Shown here: positions 26,719 through 36,385 of the stretch, one piece after another
Layout of the letters: each line of letters begins with the position of its first letter
Numbering within the stretch: position 1 is the stretch's first letter
NCBI GenBank assembly: GCA_004356615.1
Contig: SMWT01000159.1
Location: 1 to 42,625, forward strand
Origin: Deltaproteobacteria bacterium
GTDB lineage: Bacteria > Bdellovibrionota > Bacteriovoracia > Bacteriovoracales > Bacteriovoracaceae
Length of the DNA: 42,625 nt
Reading direction: 5' to 3'
The notes under the pieces: generated by a model
What the model was told of the DNA's origin: nothing
Databases searched by the model: none
Seen by the model: only the letters and a program-made list of their open reading frames with translations
Made by a program: the position numbers and the translations under genes

Positions 26719-27565
26719 AAAATACCTAAAGGCGCAAAACTTCGACTGCCTGGCAGTCGGAGTGCTTGATTTTAAAACTTCTACCTATAAAACGAGGGAA
26801 GTGACGCCAGATCTATTTTTTGATCTCGCCTCACTCACCAAACCCCTCACACTTTCCAGCGTAAAATTCGGCCATCCCAAGCTGTGGGAGAAAGACTTCG
26901 ATCTTTTGTTGAATCATCAGGCCGGTCTTCCTGACTGGGGCCGTTTGTCTAAAAATAATTGGCGTGAGGAGCTGCTTAGCTTTCCCCTAAAAAAATCGCC
27001 TACCCTTTATTCTGACTTTGGCGCATTAAGATTGATGCTGGAGCTGGAAAAAAAATCGGGCAAGTCGCTCCAAGAGCTCGCTTCCTTTTATTGGGATAAG
27101 GATTTGCTTTTTTGGAAGGACTTGGTAAAAACCGCCCCGGTAACAGGTATGAGAAAAGGATTGCCCATTACCGGCCAGGTCCATGATGATAATGCCTATA
27201 TCATTGATAGCTTTTGCTCCCACGCCGGCCTTTTTGGAACCATTGGGGGAGTCTGTAAAAGTCTTATAAGTCTAAATGATAAAACCTCTTTTGTGGGGGA
27301 GGTCACCCAAGCGCTTAAAAAAGGTAAGGGAGATCGCTTTGTGGAAGGGATGGATACACCGGGAGAGAAATCTCTCGCCGGTAAGGGACATGGACTGTTA
27401 ACTTTTGGCCATTTAGGATTTACCGGAACCTCCTTTTGGATCGATGGGGAAAAAGAAAGAGGCCATGTGATTTTAACCAACGCCACCAAAAACTATTGGT
27501 ATGATCGCAGGGGTTTAAATGAACTTCGCCGCCAGTTAGGAGAAGAGTTATGGAAATGGATCTGA
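26708..27565 (+). CDS. Serine hydrolase, beta-lactamase/transpeptidase-like fold
   Basis: Contains an SxxK motif (ASLTKPL), a YSD (YxN-like) motif and GHLGFTGTSFWID. It overlaps ppdK by 11 nt and mpl by 16 nt. Confidence 0.7.
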   Translation: MPIEKYLKAQNFDCLAVGVLDFKTSTYKTREVTPDLFFDLASLTKPLTLSSVKFGHPKLWEKDFDLLLNHQAGLPDWGRLSKNNWREELLSFPLKKSPTLYSDFGALRLMLELEKKSGKSLQELASFYWDKDLLFWKDLVKTAPVTGMRKGLPITGQVHDDNAYIIDSFCSHAGLFGTIGGVCKSLISLNDKTSFVGEVTQALKKGKGDRFVEGMDTPGEKSLAGKGHGLLTFGHLGFTGTSFWIDGEKERGHVILTNATKNYWYDRRGLNELRRQLGEELWKWI

Positions 27566-28929
27566 GTGGATATAGAGATAAATCAAGTCTTAGTGGAAAT
27601 ATTAAAAAAATATTATTCTACCGCATTTGTGGCACCGGCATGGGAGCGGCCGCTTTTTTGCTAAAAGAAAAAGGTTATGAGGTAGAGGGATATGATCAAA
27701 ACTTTTACCCCCCCATGGGAGATTATCTTAAAAGTAGCGGTATCAAACTCTACAGCAAACAAGACTTTAAATTAAGTGATTTTGATCTCATTATTGTGGG
27801 GAATGTAGTGGGGAGAAATTCCGAAGATGCCCGCAGGATTGAAAAATCGGGGACTGCTTTTACCTCTTTTCCAACCGCCCTGGGTGCTTTTATCCTAAAG
27901 GATCAAAACGTTGTTGGCGTGGCGGGAACTCATGGAAAAACCACCACCACTTATTTCTTAGTGCAAATTTTTAAGCAGCTGGGCCTTGATCCGGGATACT
28001 TAATCGGTGGCGTTTTAAATGAGGGGCGATCGAGCAAACTAGGAGATGGAAGCTACTTTTTTATTGAAGCAGATGAATACGATAGTAGCTATTTTGAAAA
28101 ATTTTCCAAGTTTAGGTCCTATGAGATTGATCACTTTATTTTAACTTCGCTGGAATTTGATCACGCTGATATTTTTAACAACCTAGAAGAGATCAAAGAT
28201 CAGTTCAAAGTGCTCCTACCAAGTATCAACTCCCCCATCATCGCCAATATGAGCTATCCGGCGATAAACGAGCTGAAATTAGAGAAATGGATAGACTTAA
28301 ATCAAACAAAGATTAAGGCCATGGATCACCAGGGGACTGAGTTTGAACTAAGAGGCACCACTTATAAAACCAACTTGGTGGGAAACCATAATATTTTAAA
28401 TCTCACGGCAGCGATACTCTTTGCTCTAGAGCAGAAAGTAGAAGTCGATAAAGTAAAAGCGGCAGTTTTAAATCTCAACTTGGTTAAAAGAAGACAAGAG
28501 GTGCGAGGTTATTATAAAGGCTCACTAGTCATTGATGATTTTGCCCACCACCCAAGAGCGGTGGCCATGACCTACGAGGCGATCGCCATCCAGTATCCGG
28601 AAAAAGATATCCTAGTGGTTTTAGAGCTGGCCTCGGCCACCGCCAGATCCCATATTTTTCAAGATGAATTTGCCCAGGCCATAAGGAAAATCCCCCAAAT
28701 CTTGCTGGCAAAACCTGGGGACACCACGGTCCCAAACGGAGAAAATCTGGACCTTGCCAAGCTGGCCGGAACTCATCAAAATGCCACGGTGGTAGTGGGT
28801 CTAACCTCCCTGCGAGAGACGCTGGATAGCTTGATCACAGACAATAGTCTGCTTCTTATCTTAAGCAACAGCACCTGTTTGGGACTGTGGGAATCTGATT
28901 TTGTTAAGCATTTAAAATCAGGCGTGTAA
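27550..28929 (+). CDS. mpl: UDP-N-acetylmuramate:L-alanyl-gamma-D-glutamyl-meso-diaminopimelate ligase (Mpl)
   Basis: N-terminus ICGTGMGAAAFLLKEKGYEVEGYD, Mur-ligase P-loop GTHGKTTTT and DDFAHHP. Confidence 0.88.
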   Translation: MEMDLSGYRDKSSLSGNIKKILFYRICGTGMGAAAFLLKEKGYEVEGYDQNFYPPMGDYLKSSGIKLYSKQDFKLSDFDLIIVGNVVGRNSEDARRIEKSGTAFTSFPTALGAFILKDQNVVGVAGTHGKTTTTYFLVQIFKQLGLDPGYLIGGVLNEGRSSKLGDGSYFFIEADEYDSSYFEKFSKFRSYEIDHFILTSLEFDHADIFNNLEEIKDQFKVLLPSINSPIIANMSYPAINELKLEKWIDLNQTKIKAMDHQGTEFELRGTTYKTNLVGNHNILNLTAAILFALEQKVEVDKVKAAVLNLNLVKRRQEVRGYYKGSLVIDDFAHHPRAVAMTYEAIAIQYPEKDILVVLELASATARSHIFQDEFAQAIRKIPQILLAKPGDTTVPNGENLDLAKLAGTHQNATVVVGLTSLRETLDSLITDNSLLLILSNSTCLGLWESDFVKHLKSGV

Positions 28930-29006
28930 TCTTTAAATAAGGCATTGAAGGACTAAGCCTGCCAAGGTACAGTTCGGGGATATTAAATTTAAGATGGAGA
29001 GCTCTA

Positions 29007-30173
29007 ATGCTTAAGGATTATATATTTACTTCAGAATCAGTCACTGAGGGCCATCCTGATAAAATGGCCGATGGAATATCGGATGCTATTTTAGATGCGC
29101 TGCTTGCGAAGGATCCCAATGCAAGGGTCGCTATTGAGACCATGATTACTACCGGGATGACAGTGGTTGCGGGAGAGATTACCGCTAAACATAGAATTGA
29201 TAAAAGAGATATTGTTCGGCAAAAGATTATAGATATTGGATACGACAGCAGTGAAAAAGGTTTTGATGGCCATACTTGTGCCATCTTACTTTCACTAGAT
29301 AGACAATCGCCAGATATTGCCCAAGGGGTAAATGAAGGTGAAGGGGCCTTTGCTGAACAAGGTGCCGGTGACCAGGGACTTATGTTTGGTTACGCTATTG
29401 ATGAAACAGAAAGCTTTATGCCTCTTACCATCGATATGGCCCATCGTTTGGCCGAGAGATTAACTTATGTGCGCAAGCAGGGAATCCTTCCTTTTCTCAG
29501 GCCTGATGGAAAAACCCAAGTTTCTGCCAAATACGTTGATGGCAAAGTGACCGCGATTGACGCAATCGTAGTTTCCTCGCAACACGAAGATGGCATTACC
29601 CATAAAGAAATTGAAGAGGGAATTAGAGAAGAAGTCATCAAAAGAATTGTCCCGCAGAATCTTTGGACTTCGGAGACAAAACTCTATATCAATCCAACTG
29701 GTAAATTTGTTATCGGAGGGCCTATGGGAGACTGTGGGGTTACCGGTAGAAAAATTATCGTTGATACTTATGGCGGACATGGAGCTCACGGAGGGGGAGC
29801 ATTCTCGGGAAAAGATCCTTCTAAAGTTGATAGATCTGCAACCTACGCCGCTAGACATGTGGCCAAGCACGTAGTTGCCGCAGGACTGGCGACTAAATGT
29901 CTGGTTCAAGTTGCCTACGCTATTGGGGTGGCAGAACCCATGTCATTTTTAGTTGATACCTTTGGCACGAATAAGGTTGATACGGCCAAAATCAATGCAG
30001 CGGTTAATGAAATATTTGATATGAGACCCAAGGCGATTATTGAAAGATTAGATCTTCTTCGACCTATTTACGGTGAAACTTCTGCCTACGGACACTTTGG
30101 TAGAACATCAGAAAACGGTTTCACTTGGGAAAAACTCGATAAGCTTGATGAGCTTAGAGCAAGATTCTTTTAA
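29007..30173 (+). CDS. metK: S-adenosylmethionine synthetase
   Basis: Contains [30 protein letters not shown] and [16 protein letters not shown] motifs. Confidence 0.97.
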   Translation: MLKDYIFTSESVTEGHPDKMADGISDAILDALLAKDPNARVAIETMITTGMTVVAGEITAKHRIDKRDIVRQKIIDIGYDSSEKGFDGHTCAILLSLDRQSPDIAQGVNEGEGAFAEQGAGDQGLMFGYAIDETESFMPLTIDMAHRLAERLTYVRKQGILPFLRPDGKTQVSAKYVDGKVTAIDAIVVSSQHEDGITHKEIEEGIREEVIKRIVPQNLWTSETKLYINPTGKFVIGGPMGDCGVTGRKIIVDTYGGHGAHGGGAFSGKDPSKVDRSATYAARHVAKHVVAAGLATKCLVQVAYAIGVAEPMSFLVDTFGTNKVDTAKINAAVNEIFDMRPKAIIERLDLLRPIYGETSAYGHFGRTSENGFTWEKLDKLDELRARFF

Positions 30174-30176
30174 GTT

Positions 30177-30404
30177 ATGGGCATTGAACCGATTCTATTT
30201 CTGCTTAGGCACACACCTTTTTGGTCAGTGCCTACTTTTATTATTGCCGGCCAATTTTCTTATATCTACTGGCTTAAAGGTTATCGCAAAATAGCGGCAA
30301 TTCTCGGCCTTTTAGTCTTAATTTCCTTTATTGTCACTTTATTTTATATTTGGGCCGGTGGGCCGGATAATGCGCCTCACGTTTTTTTAAAATTCATAAG
30401 ATAA
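30177..30404 (+). CDS. Small membrane protein (2 predicted TM segments), hypothetical
   Basis: 75-aa ORF starting 3 nt after the metK stop, with two hydrophobic stretches. No family recognised. Confidence 0.45.
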   Translation: MGIEPILFLLRHTPFWSVPTFIIAGQFSYIYWLKGYRKIAAILGLLVLISFIVTLFYIWAGGPDNAPHVFLKFIR

Positions 30405-30405
30405 T

Positions 30406-30435
30406 TTGACACCGAAAAAATAATTCAGCTACCAT
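30406..30435 (+). promoter_or_regulatory. Sigma-70-like promoter candidate TTGACA-N18-TACCAT
   Basis: Perfect -35 at 30406-30411 and TAnnnT at 30430-35. The ATG at 30443 would make the transcript nearly leaderless, which lowers my confidence. Confidence 0.3.
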
Positions 30436-30442
30436 TTTATAT

Positions 30443-31729
30443 ATGCTGGAAGATTACAATTTTCTACACCAAGGCCTTGAAGATCAAGCGAGTTCCATTT
30501 ACGTTGTTCTAAATGATTTCCACGCCAGTGGCATGATAAAAGAATCTTTGGAGCAGGCGTTTGCTTTAAATGTTTTTAAATTTGAAGACTCAAGCGTTTT
30601 TTGGCAAAACTTTAAAGCACCGAGAGGTCTTTTTCTACTTATTACCGAAGATAGCTTTGCCGGGATGGAGTTGATTGAAAAACTTAAAAGAAAGAATTTA
30701 TCTTTTAAAACGATTCTCGCTTCCGCTTCGCCAAGGGCGGGAGATCACCTATCGCTGCAAAAACCTATTTCCCACAATAGCTTAAAGGGTGTTGTGGGAA
30801 ATATTTTTGGGCTGACTGACAGGGCGGATATTAAAGAAAATTTTCTCGGTTTAGTGGGTGGCCCAGGACCGATGCAGGAGGTTTTCAATCTTATTAAAAA
30901 TAATTGCAGCGGCCCAAAACCTATTTTGATCACCGGCCCAAGAGGCTCTGGCAAAAGCTCCGTGGCCCAGGCAATCTTAAAAAACTTTGATCTATCCTCC
31001 TGGGAATACATTAACTGCAGCACTGCCACCCAAGAGGTGTTGGAAAATGAATTATTCGGCCCAGAGGATGGAAAGCTTGCCCGGGATGGAATGATCTTTT
31101 TAAAAGATATTGAAAAACTGCCCCTACTGCTTCAGGCAAAACTTTCAAAATTTTTAAAAAATGAACAGGGCCTGGTAAAACTTCTCGCCTCCACCAGTCG
31201 GGACCTAATTGATCTTGTAAGCTCAGGAGATTTCAGAAAAGACCTACTAGGTTTTTTTGGCCAAAAGATCGGCCTGCCTCCTCTCTTTGAACGAAAGGAG
31301 GACTTGCCTCTTTTAATTAAACATTTTGGTGAAAAGTATTCCCGAGTTCATGGGTGTGAAAGTGTGGAATTTGATGAGAGCAGTCTGGAAATTCTGGCAA
31401 ATTACGACTGGCCGGAAAATGTCTATGAGCTGGAAATCTTAATTGAAAAGCTGGTTCTTTTACACACGGGAAGTTTAATCACTCCCAGTCATTTAACCGA
31501 GAATTTTTTTAAAGGAGAGGTTTTCGGTAGCGTACCCTATTCACTGCCGGAAAAAGGTATCGATTTAAGAGGCCTGCTTCGAGATATTGAAGATTCTCTA
31601 ATCAAGCAGGCGCTGGAAAAGACCGGTGGAAATAAAAACCGTGCATCTAAGTTATTGCAAATAAACAGAACTACTCTGGTAGAAAAACTTAAGAAAAGAA
31701 AACGGGAATCAAATAATCAAGTAACCTAA
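30443..31729 (+). CDS. Fis-family EBP-like regulator: atypical receiver, degenerate sigma-54-type AAA+ module, Fis HTH
   Basis: Walker A GPRGSGKS. ELFGPEDGKLARDGMIFLKDIEKL has only 12 residues between ELFG and the Walker B position, against about 25 in PspF/NtrC, and no GAFTGA. Walker B is FLKD rather than FLDE. LPPLFERKEDL and WPENVYELE are retained. HTH: GGNKNRASKLLQINRTTL. Confidence 0.8.
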   Translation: MLEDYNFLHQGLEDQASSIYVVLNDFHASGMIKESLEQAFALNVFKFEDSSVFWQNFKAPRGLFLLITEDSFAGMELIEKLKRKNLSFKTILASASPRAGDHLSLQKPISHNSLKGVVGNIFGLTDRADIKENFLGLVGGPGPMQEVFNLIKNNCSGPKPILITGPRGSGKSSVAQAILKNFDLSSWEYINCSTATQEVLENELFGPEDGKLARDGMIFLKDIEKLPLLLQAKLSKFLKNEQGLVKLLASTSRDLIDLVSSGDFRKDLLGFFGQKIGLPPLFERKEDLPLLIKHFGEKYSRVHGCESVEFDESSLEILANYDWPENVYELEILIEKLVLLHTGSLITPSHLTENFFKGEVFGSVPYSLPEKGIDLRGLLRDIEDSLIKQALEKTGGNKNRASKLLQINRTTLVEKLKKRKRESNNQVT

Positions 31730-31892
31730 GGCCTTGTAAATATTTATCCTGTCAAAATCCCAACTGATAAAATTTTCCCCGTGAAAAATTTTCCTTTTAA
31801 AAAAATCAAAAGGTAGTAAAATTTAGACACATGGCAGCGATTTTAATAGGATGGCCATTAAACAGGTAATTTGAAACAGGAAGTTTCAACTC

Positions 31893-34535
31893 ATGTCACA
31901 AAAATGTAAGTTATTTTTGACATTTACCCTGGTTTTTTTTTCCCTTCAGGAAAATTTTGCGCTAGCTGAGCAGGTGCTGGTGCAAAAAAAGATGAAACGG
32001 AATTTAAGGTGGGATATTAATGTACCTAAAGATTCAATTGTTATTGAAAAGAAGAGGAATTTAGTAATTCTAAGGAGTATATCTCCTGTTATCTTTAATA
32101 AATTGAGGCAAGAAATTATTAAATTGCCTTTAAATAAGGAATACATCACCGGCATTAACATCAATGCCCCTATCCATAAGAACCAGACCCCAAGCATTGA
32201 AGTGAAGCTAAAGGGAAGCTTTATTGAAATTTTTAGCTTTTATAGGGAAAGGCAAAAGAAATTTATTTTGGATTTTTGGATTAATGAAGACAAGCTTTCG
32301 CTTACCAGTAAACCGGTAAAGGTTATTACCAAAAATTATAAGAAACCCCTAGCGAGAAAGATTGCCGCCATTGCCTCTCCTAAAAAGGTTAAAAAGGTGG
32401 CAAAAAAATCAAATGAAAAGTTTCGTGATTTCCGCTACGGTGCTTCTTTCATCTGGGATTATCCGGCCATCACTCTATCACCTCCAAAGGCGCTGAATTT
32501 AAAAAGGAAAACGCCAGATTTTTTCTATCCTATTAATGATCTTCCTTCCATAAAAGATGAAAAAGACGCTCATTTGCAGCTTTCCATCAATCTATATCGT
32601 AAAAAGAAATATGGATTGATGAAAAAATCAATTGATTTGTACCGTAAAAAATATGGGCCGGACTCGGAAGTCGATTTTAACGAATATCTTGAGGCCAATG
32701 CCTTTTTAAAACTTAACTTGCAAAAAGCAGAACCTGAATCCACCAAATACGCGTTAACTATTTTAAGAAGTATTTATAAGAGAACTAAGAAATATCCCCT
32801 TAAAAGAGCTATCTTAAAATATCTAACCGCCCTTTATCTCAGTGAAAAAAATTATATTAAGGCGGTGGAAACCGCCAAGCAACTCTACTTTTACAGTAAA
32901 CAATACTCCGATGTGGAGGTGAGCAGTTATGCCGCCAAGGCGCTTTTATATTTGGCCGGTGAGTTTTGGCAAAAAGAAAAAATAAAAAGTATTACCGATA
33001 ATTCAGAGTTCAACCAATTTTTTTCCGCCCAGGAACTTTTAGCAGTTAAGTTAGCGCTTTTGTTAAAGGATAACGATGCCTATGAGACGATAAAACTTTT
33101 TGAAAAAAATAAGAGATCTTTAATTGATCCTGTTCATGAGGTCATTTTATTTAATGTGGGGGAGGCCTACTTTCGGGAAGGTAAGTTTAAAAAATCTATC
33201 CGTATCTTTAAAAAGTTTATAAAGTTTTATTCTTTTCACAAAATGGCATCTCGGGCCCGTTTGCGAATAGCGCTTGGGAGTGATTTGCTGGGCAGGGATC
33301 CGGAAAAAACAATTGCCCTTTACAAGGATACCATCGATCACTCCGCGGATTTTAAGACTAGCTTAGAGGCGAGAATCAGATATGTAGGACTTCGCACCGT
33401 TAGAAAAAGAGACCTAGGTGGCGAGGATATTGAGACCAGGGCCTTTTTAAAAGTGAGAGGCGTTGATAATACTAATCTAACTCGTGATTTAAAAAGCATA
33501 TTATGGCTCACCAGGCTTCGAACATTTATTGTAGATAAGCATTACAACAAGGCATTGACCTATCTTGAGGCGATTCCCCTGCAATCCCTGCCACTAGGTA
33601 AAAGAAGAGTCTTTATGGCGGACGGGGCAGAAGTGATAAATGGCCTGATTAGAAAATATTTTAAGGAAGAAAAGTATAGAAAACTGCTTATGCTCTATGA
33701 AAAGCACAAAGAGGATTATGAGAAAAATACCTCTCCTGATCCGCTCATGAGCTATTTTGTGGGCAAGGCGCTGGTAAATCTTGGGCTTTATAAGATATTT
33801 GATCAGGTATATCAGGACTTTAAGGCCTTTGAAAATAAACCCAAAAGGACCTTTCCTTCATGGATTGAAAGATCTAAAGATTTTTACCCAGAGAAATTCC
33901 TCCTAGACCTTAGGATCACTAAAAACATCAAACTGGGAAATATTCAGGCAGTAAAAAAACTTATTGCCGAATATGAAAAAAAATATCCAGGAGATAACAA
34001 GGTCTATTTTTTTAAAGGGGTGATGGATTACGCTGAAAAGAAATATTCAAACGCCATAAAATATTTGGAGCAATACCTGGCGGGAGAAAATGATGAAAGG
34101 GGGCATTCCAGCGAGGATATCGCCACGCTTTTAAAATCCTATACGGATTCCCTCTATCAAAAAGGATTCTATAAAAAATTTAAAAGGGTTTCCAAGGCCT
34201 TGCTGGCGGATACCAAAAATAATGGGAAAAAAGATAAAAATATTTTGCAGGTCAAGGAATGGATCCAATACATAAATATTGAACTATTAGCGGGAGAGAA
34301 AAATCTTGGAGATCTAGAGTCCGCGGTGGCCTCTTTTTTTCTGGAATTTAAAGAATCCTCTTATCAGGAGAGGATCAAGTATGTTTTAGGCGTGGCCTAT
34401 GTAGATGAAAATCTAATGCAAAAGGGAAAAGATATATTTAACGAGTTAGTAGAAGGAGAGAACATTTCGAGCTACATAAAAGAGTTAGCAAGATCTGAGA
34501 TATCCTTAATAAATATAAAGAGTAAAACACTTTAG
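31893..34535 (+). CDS. Secreted 880-aa TPR-like repeat protein
   Basis: Signal peptide MSQKCKLFLTFTLVFFSLQENFALA. A beta-rich N-terminal module ends KFILDFW and is followed by a K-rich linker. The rest is a long helical, TPR-like region (e.g. GEAYFREGKFKKSIRIFKKF, GVMDYAEKKYSNAIKYLEQY). Confidence 0.65.
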   Translation: MSQKCKLFLTFTLVFFSLQENFALAEQVLVQKKMKRNLRWDINVPKDSIVIEKKRNLVILRSISPVIFNKLRQEIIKLPLNKEYITGININAPIHKNQTPSIEVKLKGSFIEIFSFYRERQKKFILDFWINEDKLSLTSKPVKVITKNYKKPLARKIAAIASPKKVKKVAKKSNEKFRDFRYGASFIWDYPAITLSPPKALNLKRKTPDFFYPINDLPSIKDEKDAHLQLSINLYRKKKYGLMKKSIDLYRKKYGPDSEVDFNEYLEANAFLKLNLQKAEPESTKYALTILRSIYKRTKKYPLKRAILKYLTALYLSEKNYIKAVETAKQLYFYSKQYSDVEVSSYAAKALLYLAGEFWQKEKIKSITDNSEFNQFFSAQELLAVKLALLLKDNDAYETIKLFEKNKRSLIDPVHEVILFNVGEAYFREGKFKKSIRIFKKFIKFYSFHKMASRARLRIALGSDLLGRDPEKTIALYKDTIDHSADFKTSLEARIRYVGLRTVRKRDLGGEDIETRAFLKVRGVDNTNLTRDLKSILWLTRLRTFIVDKHYNKALTYLEAIPLQSLPLGKRRVFMADGAEVINGLIRKYFKEEKYRKLLMLYEKHKEDYEKNTSPDPLMSYFVGKALVNLGLYKIFDQVYQDFKAFENKPKRTFPSWIERSKDFYPEKFLLDLRITKNIKLGNIQAVKKLIAEYEKKYPGDNKVYFFKGVMDYAEKKYSNAIKYLEQYLAGENDERGHSSEDIATLLKSYTDSLYQKGFYKKFKRVSKALLADTKNNGKKDKNILQVKEWIQYINIELLAGEKNLGDLESAVASFFLEFKESSYQERIKYVLGVAYVDENLMQKGKDIFNELVEGENISSYIKELARSEISLINIKSKTL

Positions 34536-34575
34536 TTTCTTGTTCTAGGATGGAACAGGAAAGACAGGAGGTCTA

Positions 34576-35514
34576 ATGGAAACTATTAATGTGGAATTGT
34601 TTGGTCGCGATCCTAAAATTGAAAAAACAATTTCAATGGCCAAAAATGTGGCCGTTACCAAGGCCACTATACTTATTGTTGGTGAAATTGGTGTCGGTAA
34701 AAGGTCATTGGGTAATCTCATTCATATGAATTCCAACCGCACTAATAATCCTTTGATTGTGGTGGATTGTGCAAAAGGTTCTAAAGAGGTTGAAAACGCC
34801 ATTTTAGGTTTTAGAGATGAAGAGACCGGACGCTTTACCAAGGGAGCACTGGAAGCGGCCAATGGTGGCACTGTAATCTTTGCTAGTATTGATGGGCTAG
34901 AGGATGAGTTTCAAAAGAGAATTCATAAAATTCTAGTGGATCTAGAAGATTATGACCTCGATGTCAGGATCATTGCTACCACCACTAAAAATCTTTCAAA
35001 ACTAGTGGGAGCAGGACGATTTTATCGTGGACTCTACACCCATATTTCGGGAACTGCTTTTTTTATGCCACCCCTTAGAGAGAGACCAGAAGACCTGGAA
35101 ATGCTAACCAAGTATTTTATCGGCAAGTACTGCGTAAATGAAACAGGAACCATGGAGATTAGTCCTCCGGCGATGGAGAAAATTTTAGGCCATTACTGGA
35201 CTCACAACCTAGCAGAGCTACAAACGGTAATTGAAAACTCCGTTAAAAACTCAGATCAGGCCACACTCTCTGAAAAAGATTTAGAAATTGGTGAGAAGAA
35301 GGCGGTTAGTCTGGTTAATGATGATGATAATATGGGTATTCGTCTCATGTCGTTAAAGGAAGCAGAAAAGCTCTTGATTCAAAAAGCGCTAATTCACACC
35401 AGCGAAAACCGAACCCAGGCGGCAAAGATATTAGGTGTTTCTATCAGAACTCTAAGAAATAAAATCAATGAGTATAGAAACAAGGGTTCGGCCTTTTTCA
35501 TCAACTTGAGGTAG
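34576..35514 (+). CDS. Fis-family EBP-like regulator without receiver domain, degenerate AAA+ module, Fis HTH
   Basis: Walker A GEIGVGKRS. The GAFTGA position reads GRFTKGA. Walker B reads FASID rather than FLDE. The pre-sensor-I segment is shortened (KILVDLEDYDLDVRIIATT). PPLRERPEDL is retained. HTH: NRTQAAKILGVSIRTLRNKI. The stop lies 2 nt before flgB. Confidence 0.8.
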   Translation: METINVELFGRDPKIEKTISMAKNVAVTKATILIVGEIGVGKRSLGNLIHMNSNRTNNPLIVVDCAKGSKEVENAILGFRDEETGRFTKGALEAANGGTVIFASIDGLEDEFQKRIHKILVDLEDYDLDVRIIATTTKNLSKLVGAGRFYRGLYTHISGTAFFMPPLRERPEDLEMLTKYFIGKYCVNETGTMEISPPAMEKILGHYWTHNLAELQTVIENSVKNSDQATLSEKDLEIGEKKAVSLVNDDDNMGIRLMSLKEAEKLLIQKALIHTSENRTQAAKILGVSIRTLRNKINEYRNKGSAFFINLR

Positions 35515-35516
35515 CG

Positions 35517-35924
35517 ATGAATATTGAAGATTCAACTTTAAAAGCATTGTCGACTTCTTTAAATCTCAGACAGATGAGACAAGAGATTATATCTGGCAAT
35601 ATAGCTAATGCAGAAACCCCCGGTTACAAGGCCAAACGGATTGATTTTGAAGAAGCACTCGCTCGCGCCCTCAATCTCGATGAACTTCAAAACCTAGATG
35701 TTGATGATCCGAGACACTTTGGCGTTGGAGGCGGAGGATTTAATAATCTGCAGGCCGAAGTTTACCAAGATCCCAACGGTGTGGTGAGTGAAGATGGAAA
35801 CACCGTAAATCGGGACGATGAAATGGTAAGGATGGCCGAGAACAAAATTTTATACGATGCCTCGGTCCAGTTGCTCAATAAAAAGTTAGGGCTTATGAAA
35901 TATGCCGTAGGCTCAGAGAGGTAA
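35517..35924 (+). CDS. flgB: Flagellar basal-body rod protein FlgB
   Basis: Contains NIANAETPGYKAKRIDFEEAL and the C-terminal DDEMVRMAENKILYDA motif. Confidence 0.92.
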   Translation: MNIEDSTLKALSTSLNLRQMRQEIISGNIANAETPGYKAKRIDFEEALARALNLDELQNLDVDDPRHFGVGGGGFNNLQAEVYQDPNGVVSEDGNTVNRDDEMVRMAENKILYDASVQLLNKKLGLMKYAVGSER

Positions 35925-35927
35925 TAG

Positions 35928-36365
35928 ATGGATTTGTTATCAAGTATGAAAATTAGTGCTTCAGGACTGGCCGCCAATCGGAAAAGAATGGCCACCATCT
36001 CCTCTAATATCGCCAATGCCCAGACCACCCGGACTGCCGAAGGTGGGCCTTATCGTAGAAAAGAAGTGGTCTACGGCGCAGAACCGGCGAGAAAATCCTT
36101 CAGTGAAATCTTAGAAGGGGAAATTGGGGAAAATGCTAAAAAGGTTCATGCAACTGAGGTTATCTCAACTGATCGACCGCCTATTTTTAAATATGAGCCC
36201 GGGCACCCTGATGCCAATGAGCAAGGTTATGTGGCCTATCCTAATATTAATGTAATGGAAGAGATGGCCAATATGATTTCCACCACAAGAAGTTATGAAG
36301 CAAATATCGCGGCCTTAAATACCGCAAAAGGAATGGCCCTAAAGGCCTTAGAGATCGGAAGATAA
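35928..36365 (+). CDS. flgC: Flagellar basal-body rod protein FlgC
   Basis: Contains SGLAANRKRMATISSNIANAQTT and YPNINVMEEMANMISTTRSYEANI. Confidence 0.95.
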   Translation: MDLLSSMKISASGLAANRKRMATISSNIANAQTTRTAEGGPYRRKEVVYGAEPARKSFSEILEGEIGENAKKVHATEVISTDRPPIFKYEPGHPDANEQGYVAYPNINVMEEMANMISTTRSYEANIAALNTAKGMALKALEIGR

Positions 36366-36385
36366 ACAAATAAGCGAGGTTTATA

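Noticed and set aside
28930-29006. Possible SAM riboswitch in the metK leader
   Set aside because: The intergenic region is only 77 nt. I could not find the conserved helices or junction motifs of the SAM-I, SAM-II or SAM-V classes by eye. A covariance-model scan (Rfam) would be decisive.
30073-30294. 73-aa ORF spanning the metK 3' end and the small membrane protein gene
   Set aside because: It is out of frame with metK, which is unambiguous. The 30177-30404 frame gives two clean TM segments and starts right after the metK stop, so it is the better model.
31831-31846. Sigma-54-like -24 element TGGCAG upstream of the TPR gene
   Set aside because: The -12 position reads TTAA rather than TTGC, so the essential GC dinucleotide is missing at the correct spacing. 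I treat it as a chance match. That also fits the degenerate EBP-like regulators.
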